In this document: positions 1 through 13,666 of the stretch, piece by piece
Layout of the letters: each line of letters begins with the position of its first letter
Numbering within the stretch: position 1 is the first letter of the stretch
From: Podarcis pityusensis
Taxonomy: Eukaryota
DNA length: 64,000 nt
NCBI GenBank assembly: GCA_964106645.2
Contig: OZ067043.1
Strand: one strand, 5' to 3'
The notes under the pieces: model-generated
The model's input: only the letters and a program-made list of their open reading frames with translations
What the model was told of the DNA's origin: nothing
Databases searched by the model: none
Translations under genes and position numbers: made by a program

Positions 1-529
1 AAAGCAGTTTTGATTTTGACTGAGGAAACAGCACATTTCACCCCATGCTGTTCTTCTCCTTTGGTTTGTAGAGTCCATAGCTGCATTTTTAAAGCAAAAA
101 GAACAAGGGGGAAAGACTTTCCCAGGGATAAGCTACATGCTACTGAGCTTGTCATGTCATATGGCCCTCAAGGACAGAAGGGATATATGTTGAAAAGAGA
201 AGAGTTCCTGTTTATGCAGCATGCTGACTACTTAAAAAACCCCACTGATAATAAAGGCACAATAAGATTGCAGTACAGTACTTTTAATTTGCAATGGGTG
301 CTTCCACAGAGCAGTGTTTTGTGGATGTAGTGCTGCTCATGCATGGAAGTTTTCTACAGTGTCCACACAATATTAGCCTCAGTGAAATGCTGTCCGATAT
401 TATTTTTCCATTTAACCCACATTTACTGTTTCTGCAAAAGAAAATTAAAAAACAACATGGAAATAGTGCATCTGCATTAAAGAGGGAGGAAAAGTGGATT
501 GTTGTTGGGTTTTTTGTTTTTTGATTACC

Positions 530-975
530 TGTCCTTCATCCTAATGTCCTAGGGTAGATTATAGCATTAAAAAAATATTAAAACAATATTAAAATCAATT
601 TAAAACAATTTGCAATCATACAAATAAGTGGGTCCTAAAAACATACACCTCAGATGTCAAAAGCCAGGGTAAAGGAGTACATCTTCAGCATTCTCCTGAA
701 GCTTTATAATGAAGGTGCCAGATGCCCCTCTGTGGGGAAGGAGTCCCACAGCTTAGGGGGCACCACAGAGAATGCCCTCTCCTGGGCTGCCATCTCTCGA
801 TCCTCTGAGAGCAGAGGAACTACCAAGATGTCCCCCTTTCAGCACTCAAGAGGGTCAGTAGGGAAGGAGGCAGTCTTGTGGGTATTTGGGGCCTGAGTGG
901 TTATAGGTTTTAAACACTAACATCAGCACCTTGAATTGGGCCCAGAAACAATCTGGCAACCAGTGCAGCTATTTT
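530..975 (-). mobile_element. L2-type LINE 3' fragment, degenerate
   Basis: The reverse strand resembles the L2 ORF2 end (RAFSV..P.LW.SLP-like, around 740-780) and the 3' end of the L2 copy at 60830-61100. Boundaries are approximate. Confidence 0.65.
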
Positions 976-3638
976 TAGTTCATTTAGAAAAGTACTTACA
1001 TATCACCATTTTGCAAAGCATCAGGGTGGAGATAAATAAATGGATAAATGTGAATGGTCTCAACCAGTCTATATTGTCATATCCAGGATACTAAGATTGT
1101 GAGTACACTATTTCAAAAATAAGAGAATTTAGAAATCTTTGACGCTGACTCCACTAGAGCCGCAGTGTTCTTCCAGGAAGGTCATTTGTTTAAGGAGCTG
1201 CAGGGATCTAGAATAAGGGTCAGTCCTATCAAATAAGAATCATCTGGCTTCATTCTGTTGCATCATGAGAGGTGGCTTTTCCAGCAGAGTGAAAGATTCC
1301 CTGGAGTTAGATTATGTAGCAAAACAATTAACCTTTTCTCTGTTGGAAACTATTCCTTGCCGATACCTATTAATTGTCATAACCTGTACGGAAGGCAGAA
1401 CAGCAACGTCAATAAAATATACCCTGTATTACTGCAAGTGTTTGGTACAAGTATGACTTTAATGTTTAGCTGCTGAAAAGATGCCAACCATGAGCAAAGA
1501 AAGGACAAACTTGTTTCACCCAGCAAGCATCCATCAGATCTGACATCCATCCTGTATCTCTAGACAAATTAGGAATCATTAATTCTTCATTATGCTGGGG
1601 AGTCTTATCCTACCTCGAGTATTCGTAATGTGTCTATTATTCTCACCCACTGCAAATACAGTTAACCTCAAGGCTATGGGACATCAAGATAGATGGCAGT
1701 CAGATGAAAGGGACAAGTTAATGGTTCTTCATATGTCTCATTATAGTACACAAGCCCTGAACATTTTGTTTTATTGCAAAATTATTCCGGCATTTGTGAA
1801 TTCCATATCCTGTTACAATAAAATATTTGACCTCCTGTGGTGGCCTCACTTAACCTGGAAGATAGTAGCCTGGAGACTGATTCGAAAAATTCCAAGGAAG
1901 ACGATTTGATGTATAAAATGACTACGCAAATGACTATATAAGATGCGGCTGACACGGTCCTTTTGCACTGGGGTTTCATTATAATTTTTACACCAAAAAA
2001 GGCTAAATTCATTCCACCACTTTTCACCTTTTAACAGTTAGCTGCCATTGATTTTTGCACTTTGCTTACTGATGACAATTCAGTGTAGTCTACTTTGTCT
2101 CTAGCTAAGCAGTTTTCATTTATCCTGAGGAGTAAACAAGGGAAAGGTGTTTCGTGTATCTCATCATGCAACCAGTTTTTGTTAGTATGTGTTTGCACTT
2201 GTTAGTTAGAAAAATACTTTTTCTAGTTCAAGGAAGCAAAGTGTGTGAAGTTGGAAGGCAAGCATGTTGGGAAGACTAGTGATAAAATCAGGATTGCATA
2301 CCACAAAAAAAAGGGAAGAGAAAAAAAAGACAAATGCTTGGTTTGCGTGCTTTGAACACTGTACCAAGGCAGGGGTTGCCAATCTTTTTAGAGCAGTGGG
2401 CACATTTTGAATACTGAGAAAATGTCATTGGTACCAGTTACAAAATGGCTACCATGGGAACATGGCATAATACAACATGGCTAGTGTGCTGACATGGTTC
2501 AACACAGAATTAAGGAGAGTATAGGCATTGCTGCCGCTGCCACCACCTAAACAACCTTGTGCTTGGGAAGCAAGGGAAGAAAAGAGAGCAGCAAATAACT
2601 GAGTACCAGTATCGATGGAACTGTCTGGAAATTTTGTTTGACTGGGCTAATAACAAAGGAAAGAAATGTTAAGTGGGACAGGTTGAAAGAGAGCATGCCT
2701 TGGTCAAATGGAGACAGAGGAATATGAGAGAGTTCACAATCAGAATAAGGAAAAATGGAACAATAACCAACAAATTATACCCAGAGAACTATTGTTATTG
2801 GCTGGCTTATAAACTGAATTAATTAACAAATGTTTGGTTTTTTTAATGCATTAAAACTAAAATCTTTTTTCTCTCTCTCTGAAGTTTTGTTTAAACCCTC
2901 TTGCAACACCCCCTTCCTATCTTTTGCCCTTCTAATGAGATATTTAACTACTTCGTTTATTTTTTTGTGCACTTTGATTTGTGGAGTTGCTAGGAGCTTT
3001 TTGTTCTATTATTCACCACAGGCCTCTGTGAGTATGTGTGTGCGCATACACATGCAAGCCTCCCCCCACACCTGTGCTTATTATGTGTCATCAGAAGGTG
3101 CTTGGCAGTCCGCAGTCTTGCCAACTGCCACTAATATATAAACACATCAGTACAATATATAGGGTCATCTGATGGTTTGGAAGGTCTTTTATTTCTCACT
3201 TCTGTAATCGAAGTAGAAGGGACAGATTGATTTTTCCCCCTTCTGCTTCTAGAGAAGAAAGATAGTTCAAATGAGTTGACTGTACTTCAGGTGACAGACA
3301 TTACTAGGGATAAACAACACCAGTGAGTCAAGAATGTTATAATCAATGGGTGAGCAGCTGTTATTCTGTTCAAGTGGTTTTCTTGTGTTGTCTATAGACT
3401 GCTCTCCATCCCTTGTGTTTGGAAGTCCAGTTTCCTTTACGTGATACATATTCTGTGTGGGTGTCTAAGTGGTAGAAGGGGGGCAGTATACAAGCTGCTA
3501 ATTTGTTGGAAGAACAAATGATGTGGCGTCTATATAAGGCTTTGTGCATAGTGTATTGCACAGCTGCTGTTTGTTGTGGTATTTGGGTGCATAGCATTAA
3601 CATGTAATGTGTTGCTATGGGGCTATGCATTGACTGTA

Positions 3639-3988
3639 AAGGTAAAGGTAAAGGTAAAGGTAAAGAGACCTCTGTCCATTAGGTCCAGTTGTGGCCAACT
3701 CTGGGGTTGCAACGCTCATCTTGCATTATTGGCCGAGGGAGCCGGCATACAGCTTCCAGGTCATGTGGCCAGCACATGGAAGAGCAGCACACGGAGACGC
3801 CGTTTACCTTCCCGCCGGAGCGGTACCTATTTATCTACTTGCACTTTGAAGTGCTTTCGAACTGCTAGGTGGGCAGGAGCAGGGACCGAGCAACGGGAGC
3901 TCACCCTGCCATGGGGATTCGAACCACCGACCTTCTGATCGGCAAGTCCTAGGCTCTGTGGTTTAACCCACAGCGCCACCCACGTCCC
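3639..3988 (-). mobile_element. Sauria SINE (lacertid subfamily), near full length
   Basis: Minus strand begins GGGACGTGGGTGGCGCTGTGGGTTAAACC, contains the B-box GGTTCGAATCC and ends in an (ACCTTT)n tail. 13-bp TSD TGCATTGACTGTA at 3626-3638 and 3996-4008. Confidence 0.92.
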
Positions 3989-5464
3989 AATGCATTGCAT
4001 TGACTGTACTGTACTATAAATGGTATACATTTTGGGGTTTGGACTCAAGAGAGCTAGCTGTGCCAGAAGGATTTCTTAAAGCTGATTAAACCTGCTGGCC
4101 AAGTCTGGTCATACCTTCCTGAGGCTGCTGGCGTATGGCTTGAAATAGTGAGGAACAATTTGAATCTTCCTTAACTTTAAGGAAAAACAACAGACTGCAG
4201 TTGTCAAGTTTGAGCCAGAGATTGAGAAAAACCTGGAGACAGAGATTAGTTTGGTCCCTAAACTAACAGCATTTGGGCTGGCTGGGACAGTGAGTTTACT
4301 TTGGCCGTTTGTTGGAGTGCTCTAGGTTTTGCATCCACCTATGCCTAGCTGTAGATTTGTAAATAAATTCAAATATTCCAGTGACTTCCTTCCAAAGGAA
4401 ATTAAACCCATGTACACATTGAACCCCTGCAACTCTCACTGCTCAGAAAAGTAAAGTAAGAGTAGCAATACTGTTTAAGGTAATATTTTGGGAATGTCAT
4501 AATTTTTAGTACTTGTGTTGTGCCAAGGAGAGGTCCTGGTTCTAGTGTCCCAGAAAAGATGTCAGATAACATTGCCAATCCTGTTCCCTACAAATGTCAT
4601 GCCGTGCACCCTTTTATATACTGTGCAAAGGTTTAAACCACGCAGGTGCACCTAGGCAGCTTATGCCCCTTGTGCAATACAAGTTGCAGCAATAGACAGC
4701 TGTAGCTGCACTCATAAATGGTGTCAACTAACAACACTTCATTTGCCAATGTCAGAGATTAGATTCAGGCTATAAAGTAGTCAGTTATAAAAGTAGTGTC
4801 ATACCAAACTCTGCAAGAAATATACAAGCTTCCATGCTGCACAAATCAGGCATGATTAAAGCATTCTCCAGACTTGCTAACCCATGAGGAAAGATCATGG
4901 GGATGAATGCATCAGCGCCATGCTCCCGTCACCCTCCACAAACTTCTGAAGTGGAGACCACCTATGGTGTTTCCCGGTGTATTTTAAAACCTTCTAAAAC
5001 GTGTGGGGATCCTCCATGAATATAGGGGCTCCCCACTTCAGAATTTCAGCCTTCAATTCATGTAGGCTGATGTATGGCTACAGCCAGCATGCTCATTCAT
5101 TCCCACAGCCCCCATTGTGTGTTAGCACCTAATCCAAATACCTGATGAGGCCTTCTGTCTATGAGTCTACAAAAACAAACTTGTAGATGAGTTGTTATGT
5201 AGAAGCTTGATTCATCACATGTGGCCTGAATCGAGATAATGGATTTAATTGTCTTAGCAATATAGTTATTTGTCTTATCAGTGCCAGTACCAGGAAGCTT
5301 ATGTTATTATCAACACTGCTTTGTAAATCATCACTACAGTATTTATTTTCATACATTTAGCATTTTATCCCTAACTTCTGGCCTCACTATTAAAATTTTA
5401 TATCTTTTACATCAATGCCCATTTATATATCTGCCAATTATATATCCTGCCAATTATATATCCC

Positions 5465-5600
5465 TCCATGTATCCAATGAAGTGGACTCTAGTCCTTTAA
5501 TGCTTATGCCATAATAAACCAATTAGTGTTTAAGATTGCATAAGAATTAAAGTGTTTTGCTTTAATTCTTTGCTTTAATTTTGCATTTGTTGCAACAAAA
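5465..5600 (+). mobile_element. Penelope-like element terminal fragment, degraded
   Basis: Similar to the copies at 28669 and 45493. The hammerhead core has decayed (CCAATGA...TAATGCTTA) and is followed by AATAAA and GTTAGTC/AAGGTGC-like blocks. Confidence 0.5.
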
Positions 5601-8349
5601 CTATCAACAACTACCCCTCTGAAACTTGTATGTCGCTATTCCAGCAGGAATCGGTCCAGTGAAATAGATATATAATACCTTGTCATCCCTATTCTCTTGA
5701 CAGCAAAAGCCATGTATACTGAGAAGGATTTGCAGAATGGAAGATAGTCCCGTAATTGTAATGGCTGTGTATCTTTTTACGACAGTTGTTGACATATTGG
5801 TTAGGAAGTCACAATATGTACATTTTATATGTTTTATTTGAATAATATTTGTAAGAGTTCATAGGCTTTTGAAACACCAAGCCAACACAAACATTGGCCA
5901 ACAGAATCTATGCACAGAAGGAAAAGATGCCACCTATTTTGTATGCCTCTGGGCTGAGCCTGGCACTGACATGCAATACGGTGGGCCTCCTATTGAGCTG
6001 CCGGTGCCAGTAACTCTACATTTCTCTCCTTTCAAGTACTGTCAGCCTCTACTAAGTTTTGCTTGCAAGGTTCATAAAGACTGTCATTCATTGTGGTGTA
6101 GCTACATAAACACCGATTTGTTGTGCTCTAAATGTTAGTGACTTCACAGCGAAGCTGTTCTAAACAGTAAATCTCTTGTAGAAGAGCCACACTCTCTTTC
6201 CTGCTGAATGATATTGCCACTGCTTTAGACTGTGCTTACTTTAAATAAACTACAGCTGGAGGGGATCTTCCCCTTTTGAATGATGGATTCTGAGGGGTGT
6301 TTTTCTCCCCCTAATCCTAGTTAATGTTACTTTTCTGACTATGTCAGACTATCCAATTAGGCCTAACGATCAGTTACAAGCACCAGCACACTCAAGTGTT
6401 CAGTTTTTCAGCCTCTTTCTTTCTTAATGCACACACCATATTAAATTAAACTCTCTTCCAGTCTGCAGCTTTTACAAGCTAAATGAAGAGACTGTACTCT
6501 TTCTTTGCAGCTCTTCATCAGATGCAAGAGAATCGTGTGCCCCTTCACTTTCACAAGGTTATTCAAGAGAATGTTTTTTATTCAGTGACTGGGCCTGAGA
6601 GACTTGCAGGCAAAGGACAGTGTAGTAGGTGAGCTATTGAGCAAGTGATATAAATTCTTAGGGGTGCTTTTGGCCCCATAATAAAATGGTGGCAAAGGTA
6701 ATCATGCAATATTGACATGGTTACTGCTCAGGTTGTGGTTATATCACAGTTTGTATTGTGTTGCAGTTAATGTTCATGTGTCCTTTTTATATGAATTTAA
6801 CAAGGGCACTCCAGCGTGCAGGTTTTTTGTGTTTTTTAAGAGAGCTGGGATGCAAATTTACTGCTCCTCTATTCACATTACTAGAGATGCTAGTGTTCCC
6901 AACAATCCATGTTCAGGAAAGCATTCAGGAAAATAAGAGGAAGGGAAGGACTTCACAGCTTTAACTTTGCAAATGTGAAAGGGGAGGAAAATGAATTGTC
7001 TTTTTGGAAGAGTCCCTTTTGTGCACTTGCATCTTGATTTGGAAAGGGTGATGTGGGTGCAGCAACAGATTTCGATACAATCCTATATCCAGAATGGAAT
7101 TGGAAGGAAGCTGCTTTACACCAATTGTCCTTTATGGTCTATTCTGGGGTAGGAAACCCAAAGATCTGCCTCTGAACTGTGGTCCTGCCCCACAGCTTGA
7201 GATGCCACAAGTATGATCCATAGGGTAGGCACCACATGCACATTACTACTACTACTACTATTATGGCTTGTACCCCATTGCCATGATATATATTTGGTAA
7301 GGGTTAGCACTCACTACTCCGGCTGAAGTATTCTGCACAAGCTGCAGGACCAGCCAGAAGAGAAACCTCATACAGGGCACATTACAGTAGTCTAAATATG
7401 ATTACCAGCACCTGAACCTGTGAACGTATCACAGCAGGCCTGGGGTTCCAACATCCCATTCGCTGACTATTTGAGGGTGCAACAGAGACAGCAATTTAGG
7501 TCTTTTTTGCTGCCTTTGTTGCTATATCTTTGGCATGGTGGCATGTTTTAAACACTGTTTCATTGGTTTCACACTTGATCTTGCACCACTTCTAGTCCAG
7601 CCATCCTCCAGCCTACATCATTGTTTGTAGCTCTGAGGAAAACCAAGGAGCACAACAAGCTCCATAGTGTTGAAGTGGGCACTCCCAAGCTGAACCTCAT
7701 CTCATTGCTCTACAATAGGGTAAGTGCATCAACAAGAACGACAGGATTTTTATATCAAGATCACAGCGCCCCTGGTTTGCCACCACAGTGCTAAATCAAA
7801 TGTGCAGAACGCTTCTGTACAACTGAAAATGAGAATTTGCTGTCAAAAACACTTCCAGCTAGACATAAATTTTTGGATAGTGTCCCAGAATGCTCTGGGT
7901 GGTCTTTTAAGACTACAGAGCACAGACCACAGTGGGCTATACATTTTGGCAGGGCTATCAGCTTTTTTCATGTCTCCTGCCAGTGATAGGATGGAAAACA
8001 TAACCAAAGATTTGTGAGACTTTTTTTGAAAACATGCCATGAAGTAAATAAAGGAGATGAAGAAGGAAACATTTTGTACTAATGCTGTACAGATGCCAAT
8101 CTACTTCTTAGTGAGCACCAATACCCCAAGGTAAAATTGGATCTTAAAGCATTCCTCCCCTTGACTATGTAATCTGTGTGGAGTAACACTGTGCGTGTGT
8201 GTTTTGTTATATCATATGGAGTTATTTGGTTACATATTTATGTTGTTCTTGCTGGAAATGTAATGTAAGCTGTTTGTCCCAAACCAGCTGAAGTTAATTG
8301 ACTTTAAGTTCCAATGAGGAGGAGCTCTAAGTACTTACATAACAAAGGG

Positions 8350-8507
8350 CCTCTGGATAGCTCAGTTGATTAGAGTGTGGTGCTGGTAACACCAAGGTTG
8401 CAGGTTTGAGCCCCATATGGGATAGCTGCATATTCCTGCATTGCAGGGGGTTGGAATAGATGATCCTTAGGATCCTTTGTAGCGCTACAGTTCTATGATT
8501 CTATGAG
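8350..8507 (+). mobile_element. tRNA-derived SINE with CR1-type 3' tail
   Basis: A-box-like TAGCTCAGTTGA and B-box-like GGTTTGAGCCC, then a CR1-like 3' end GGGTTGGA.TAGATGATCC...(TTCTATGA)2. Confidence 0.8.
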
Positions 8508-8682
8508 ACTTGTCCTGAAATATGGCATGGAGCAGCTGGAACAAACTGAACATGTTGGACAACATGATCCCCTCAGAAGGACTGTGGTTTCTGATGGGTT
8601 ACCTGGGACAAAATGTGACCCATTTGGAGACCATAGTTGGCTAAGGAAGGGCTTTCCAAAACAATTGGTTGGCATGCTAAGC

Positions 8683-9172
8683 AGCCAGTTCTGGGCACCA
8701 CAATTTAATAAGGATATTGACAAGCTGGAGCGTGTGCAGAGGAGGGAAACCAAGATGATCAAGGGTTTGGAGACCAAGCCTTATGAGGAACTGTTAAAGG
8801 AATGTTGAGCCTGGAAAAACCTGGAAAAGAGGAAATACATGATAGCCACCTTCAAATATCTAAAGGGCTGTCACATGGAAGATGGAGCAATCTTGTTTTC
8901 TCCTGCTCTGGAGGGTAGGACCCGAACCAATGAATTCAAGTTACAAGAAAAGAGATTCCGACTAAACATCAAGAAGAACTTTCTGACACTAAGAGCTGTT
9001 CAACAGTGGAACAGACACTCTTGGGAGGTTGTGGACTTTCCTTCATTGGAGGTTTTTAAGCAGAGGTTGGATGGTCATCTGTCTTGGATGCTTTAATTAA
9101 GATTTCCCGCATTGCAAGGGGTTGAACTAGATGGCCCTCAGGGTCCCTTCCAACTTTACATTTCTATTATTC
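8683..9172 (+). mobile_element. CR1 LINE 3' fragment (end of ORF2 plus 3'UTR)
   Basis: Translates to [27 protein letters not shown] and FKYLKG..RTRTN..RLNIKKNFLT.RAV.QWN, typical of the CR1 ORF2 C-terminus. ATTCT-type tail. Confidence 0.92.
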
Positions 9173-9456
9173 TTTGCACAGCCACCTATGGAGAAAAACA
9201 GAAGAGTCAATGGGTTAAGAGGCATGCTCAGAGTGCCAACAAGACTGGGCACCTGGAAAACACCTTGACATCTCCAGATATTGTTGAATTCTTAATGGCC
9301 AGTGGTCAGGTATCATGGAATATGTAATTCAAAACCTCAGGAGGCCACAGATTCCCCACCCTAAGTTGGAAGGATCAAACAGCATAGGAATTGATACGAA
9401 AAGACCTCTGCCCAAGACCTCAGAGACTTCCTGCCACCTGTCAGAGTCAACTATAT

Positions 9457-9457
<1 letters not shown>

Positions 9458-9491
<34 letters not shown>

Positions 9492-9492
9492 C
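9458..9492. repeat. (AAC)n microsatellite inside a SINE 3' remnant
   Basis: Direct observation. Confidence 0.9.
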
Positions 9493-11399
9493 TATATTGG
9501 GCTAGTTAGACAAACAGTCTAACCTGGTATAAGGCAACTACCTATGATCTGGGAATTCATTCTTGCCCTCCTTGTACCTGTCACACAGCAATGCCAATCG
9601 TGGCAGACAAATTAAGAAAAAAGAGCACCATTTCACTTTCTCAGCACAGAGCAGGCTCTAAATCCTCCAGATCTCTATTACCAAGGAGATTGCTATGACT
9701 AACATATGCTTTCACAAATAGCTTTGATAATCATCACATCACTAACAATGGAATGCGCCTAGGCTATCTTAGCTGGGATTCTAGCACCCCCTACAGTTTG
9801 TCCCTTAATTAGCAGTTTATCACTTTTGTTCTCTTGTGTTATGGTAATTTTAAAATGCAATATTAAAAACAGTTTGAAGCAAATTGTTGTTTTTTTAATG
9901 TTGCAGAGATGTTCCTTAGATACTGTACACCATGATGTGCTTCTTTGGATAGACATGGTATTTTTTCAGTTAAAGTTGTGAGGTTTTTCCATAGACATGG
10001 CTCTGAAGCCTTAATGTGCTTCGGATTTCCTTTAAGGCATTTGCCCTTTTTAACAGATCCCTGTCCCTTGTCCTTAAATCTTGAAGATCTCTCTTCCCCA
10101 GACAATGCATGATGCTGATGTTGTCCTCTCTCCGGTCGCATGCAGGCCTGCAGCACCAATCTACACCCTGGAAAAGAGAGAACAAACCAGTACAGCACTA
10201 TAATAACAGAGGACTGTGAGACTTATTTCTTCCAACTTTTCTTATTCTGACTTTAGGTTTACCAGAGTTCTAACACCTCTTTAAAAGCTCTCAAGTTGGC
10301 AGTCATTGAAGGCTGCTCAGTGGTGTGGGTGGCTTTCCTACTTTTCAATGTATTAGTACTCTCTTCTTAATCATCCCTCTTTCCCCTTGTCTGCTACTGT
10401 CTGCCATACTGTTCTGTGGCTATTCTGTGGTTTAATAATAAGCTGTTCACTGATTTAACAATGCTAAGCTGTGTTCAATAGATCCTAGTTAACCCAATGA
10501 TCAGTGGCCTACCCTCTGAGACAGTCAGTTGATGGATGACAAGAATTCTTCAATTAGTGTGTTCTTAATAAGCCAACTAGCCCTGCTGCAAAGGCCAATC
10601 AAGTTAGGAATTATACAAAGTAGACTTCAGGAACTGTCTTACCAGCAGCATCAGGCTAAAAAAAAGCCTGAAGCCCAATGATGAAGCACATTCTAGTGGC
10701 CATTAACATTTAAGTTACAGAATTCACTATGTTCCACTTATTGGCTAGACTATCAGAATCTTAAATTTGCCTGCAACTGGAAAACAGGCTATTCTTCTTT
10801 AATGTTTGCTTATGTAGAAGGGCATGTAGCTGAAATTTTGTTTTCTAGTCTCTCCCTCACAAAAAGCACCTGAAGGCAGGAAGAAAAGATTGGGTATTTA
10901 AAATTAATAATTAATTTCATTTGTTTAATTAAGTGAATGCATTTGTTTAAAATTAATTTTTGTTTTATTATTCTGTGCATGGATACAGAACACTTGCAGG
11001 CACACCAGGGATTGGCCCATAGCACTGTATGTTTCCAACAGTGGGAGGAAAAATGCAAATTCTTCCTTTGCCACTCCTGATTACTTCCCTGCCTTGGAGC
11101 TTCCCATGGGCCACATGGCAGAGTAGTGGTGGTGGTGAGAGCAAAGTCTGGTGAATGCCTTAGTACTCTCTTCTTCACTGCTCATGGCAGCTGCAGTGGC
11201 ACCAGCAGAATAATGACAATGATGCCACCTGCCACCATTGCAGGGTCAGATTGGACCTGGGTCAAAGATGGTGGGACAAGGAGATGACATGCTGGATGGA
11301 CTAGCTCTTCCTGTTTGTTGCTCTGTTTTCTATTGGTCCAAATTGTCTCTGTTGCCAAAGTGCTCTCCAACCATCAGACCCATGTTAGCCAGAACCAAT

Positions 11400-11587
11400 C
11401 ATAGCTGCCAACCTTCCCTTTTTTTGCAGGAAATTCCCTTATTCCAGCGCCGTTTCCCGCTGCTTCCCGCTGCTATCCCGGATTGTTAGATATCCCATAG
11501 ACTGTCCCTGGGACAGGTGAGGGTGCTGATCCCTTATTTTTGAGGCTGCTGATCCCTTATTTTCAAATCTGAAAGTTGACAGCTATG
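11400..11587. mobile_element. hAT-type MITE
   Basis: Terminal inverted repeats CATAGCTGCCAAC / GTTGACAGCTATG. 8-bp TSD GAACCAAT / GAACCAAC. Confidence 0.85.
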
Positions 11588-11736
11588 GAACCAACACAGT
11601 ACAAAACTGGAGCAGCAGTTGTCCTTCCTGGGACAATTTCAGGTCCCAGGAAGAAGTCTGGTATGTGGTGTGTGTGTATACGTGCATGCGTGCGTGCATG
11701 TACATACATACATATGTACATATATACAAAAGAGTA

Positions 11737-11977
11737 CAGTGGTACCTCTGGTTACAAACTTAATTCGTTTCGGAGGTCCATTCTTATCCCGAAACAATTC
11801 TTAACCTGAGGTGTGCTTTCACTAATGGGGCCTCCTGCTGCCACTGCACCGCCTGCGCACAATTTCTGTTCTCATCCTGGGGCAAAGTTTTCAACCAGAG
11901 GTACTATTTCCGGGTGAGCGAAGTTTGTAACCCAAAATGTTTGTAACCCAAAGCGTTCGTAACCCGAGGTACCACTG
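11737..11977. mobile_element. Tc1/pogo (Tigger-like) MITE
   Basis: TIRs CAGTGGTACCTC / GAGGTACCACTG flanked by TA dinucleotides. Same family as 48887-49128. Confidence 0.9.
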
Positions 11978-13134
11978 TATGCTGTTCATACTTCCATGTC
12001 CCTGATTGTTGGTCATGCTGGCAGGACCTGATGGGAGTCGAAATCCACAACATCTGGAGGACACCAGGTTGCAGATGGTTAGCCTAGACTATTCTTCAAC
12101 CTTGAGTCCCCAGATGTTGCTGCTATACAATTTCCATCATCTTTGTCCATTAGATAAACTAGAAGAGAATAATGAGAGCTGTAGTCCAAAACTCCTGCTG
12201 TGTTTTGAGTTGTGGCCATGCTAATATTGGGCTTTCCTGTGGCATCTACAACTAACTTTTATAGGAAAGGAGCACAGACAATGGGCACCCTACTCAAGCC
12301 TTCTCATTGTCTAATTGGGTCTGTCTGCTTACCCAAATGTCAGCCTTTGCCATGACTTCATTCATTGGCTAAAAGCATACCGTCCAAACTTATGGAAACT
12401 CAGACCTGTGATGCACATCTTCCATGATGCACTCCCAGGAGAATCACATGACCTGCACCTTGATGTCACCCTGAAAAGAAGCATTTTTTTTCAAAGTGAG
12501 AGTGCAGTGCGAGAGTGTGGCATCCAAAATGGCTTCCGCAATATCATGGGGAAAGAACAGGGCACAGGTATGGAGTAGGCAATTTTTCTTCAGAGAACAA
12601 ATGAGGAGCATTGTGGCTGCACATTTTGCCTCAAATCTCTGTTTCCACCTGTGTTGGAAACTTACACTGATTAAAAAGAAAGCTGGGAATTTGGGGGCTT
12701 ATGACTCAGCCAGGAGTAATGTACACAGTCCCCCTCCCCATGCACACTCACCACAGATTGAAGATCTGAAAGGGGCTATATTGTGATCTAAATGGCTGAC
12801 TGACAATCACTTCAAAACAAACTATTTTTTGAGCCCAGGATGGAATCAAGGAAGCTCACCACCACCATCAAAACACAACAGTCTGAATCAATTCAAGCTT
12901 TAAAATGAGCTTATTTACCATTGTGAATTTTTGCTCTGTTCCTCTCAGCAATTTTCACCATTATAGCTGCAGTCCCAATGAAAGTAGCCCAGACTGCATA
13001 GTATTGCTGTCACAGCAACTGCTCTCAAAGAGCTCTGCACAGAATTCAGCACATTGCTGCTGCTCCAGAAGACAAGTGCTAAATAACAGTAGCAACAGGC
13101 ATGAGGGCACATGATACAGCTGTCTTGCTGATAG

Positions 13135-13255
13135 TAAACAGGCTTCTGCCTGGTCAGTACTTGGATGGGAAGCTATCTGGGAACCCCATGTATGCTGCCT
13201 TGACCTCCAGGATGGAAGGAAGGAAGGCATGATATAAATCTACTAAATAAATAAT
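13135..13255 (+). mobile_element. 5S rRNA-derived SINE remnant
   Basis: GCCTGGTCAGTACTTGGATGGGA closely matches the internal control region of 5S rRNA (GCCTGGTTAGTACTTGGATGGGAG). Ends in a (TAAA)n tail. Not a complete 5S gene. Confidence 0.65.
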
Positions 13256-13635
13256 AGGGGTAATATTGCTGACCAGATATAAATCAGGAAAAGGACAAAG
13301 TACCTGTTTTACTCTCAGTATAACCAGGAGCTAAATATATAATTTTCCTCTCCTTTCTTCCTCTCACTTCATTATGTAAAATAGGATTTCCCCATTATCT
13401 ATTAAGGAAAGCCTATGTGATAATCTCATTAATCACAAAAGACTTCAAGGAAAGAGCATGAGACTGAAGAAGACCAGCACAAAATTAACCTCATCGATGA
13501 ACTGGTTGTTACTGCTGTGTTTGTATTGTGGTGATGCCAATAGTGTGTCTTCTAGTGGCATCTATAATTTTCATAGGAAAGGAGGGAAGTAAAATTTAAT
13601 AAATGATGCACTTTTATATTATTGTGAAAACTGAA

Positions 13636-13666
13636 GCAATAGCAACACCTACCACAAGGGGGAAAC
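13636..13666 (+). promoter_or_regulatory. possible CTCF site with upstream motif
   Basis: Core CCACAAGGGGGAAAC with GCAATA starting 16 nt upstream. The conserved C of GGC is replaced by A. Confidence 0.3.

Noticed and set aside
7761-7782. CTCF-like CACAGCGCCCCTGGTTTGCC
   Set aside because: The G-run is one base short of the core spacing, so the match is poor.
9863-10198. Minus-strand 111-aa ORF with a good splice-acceptor-like sequence (TTCTCTCTTTTCCAG at ~10168-10182)
   Set aside because: No recognisable protein family, no convincing donor or neighbouring exons. It would need RNA-seq support.
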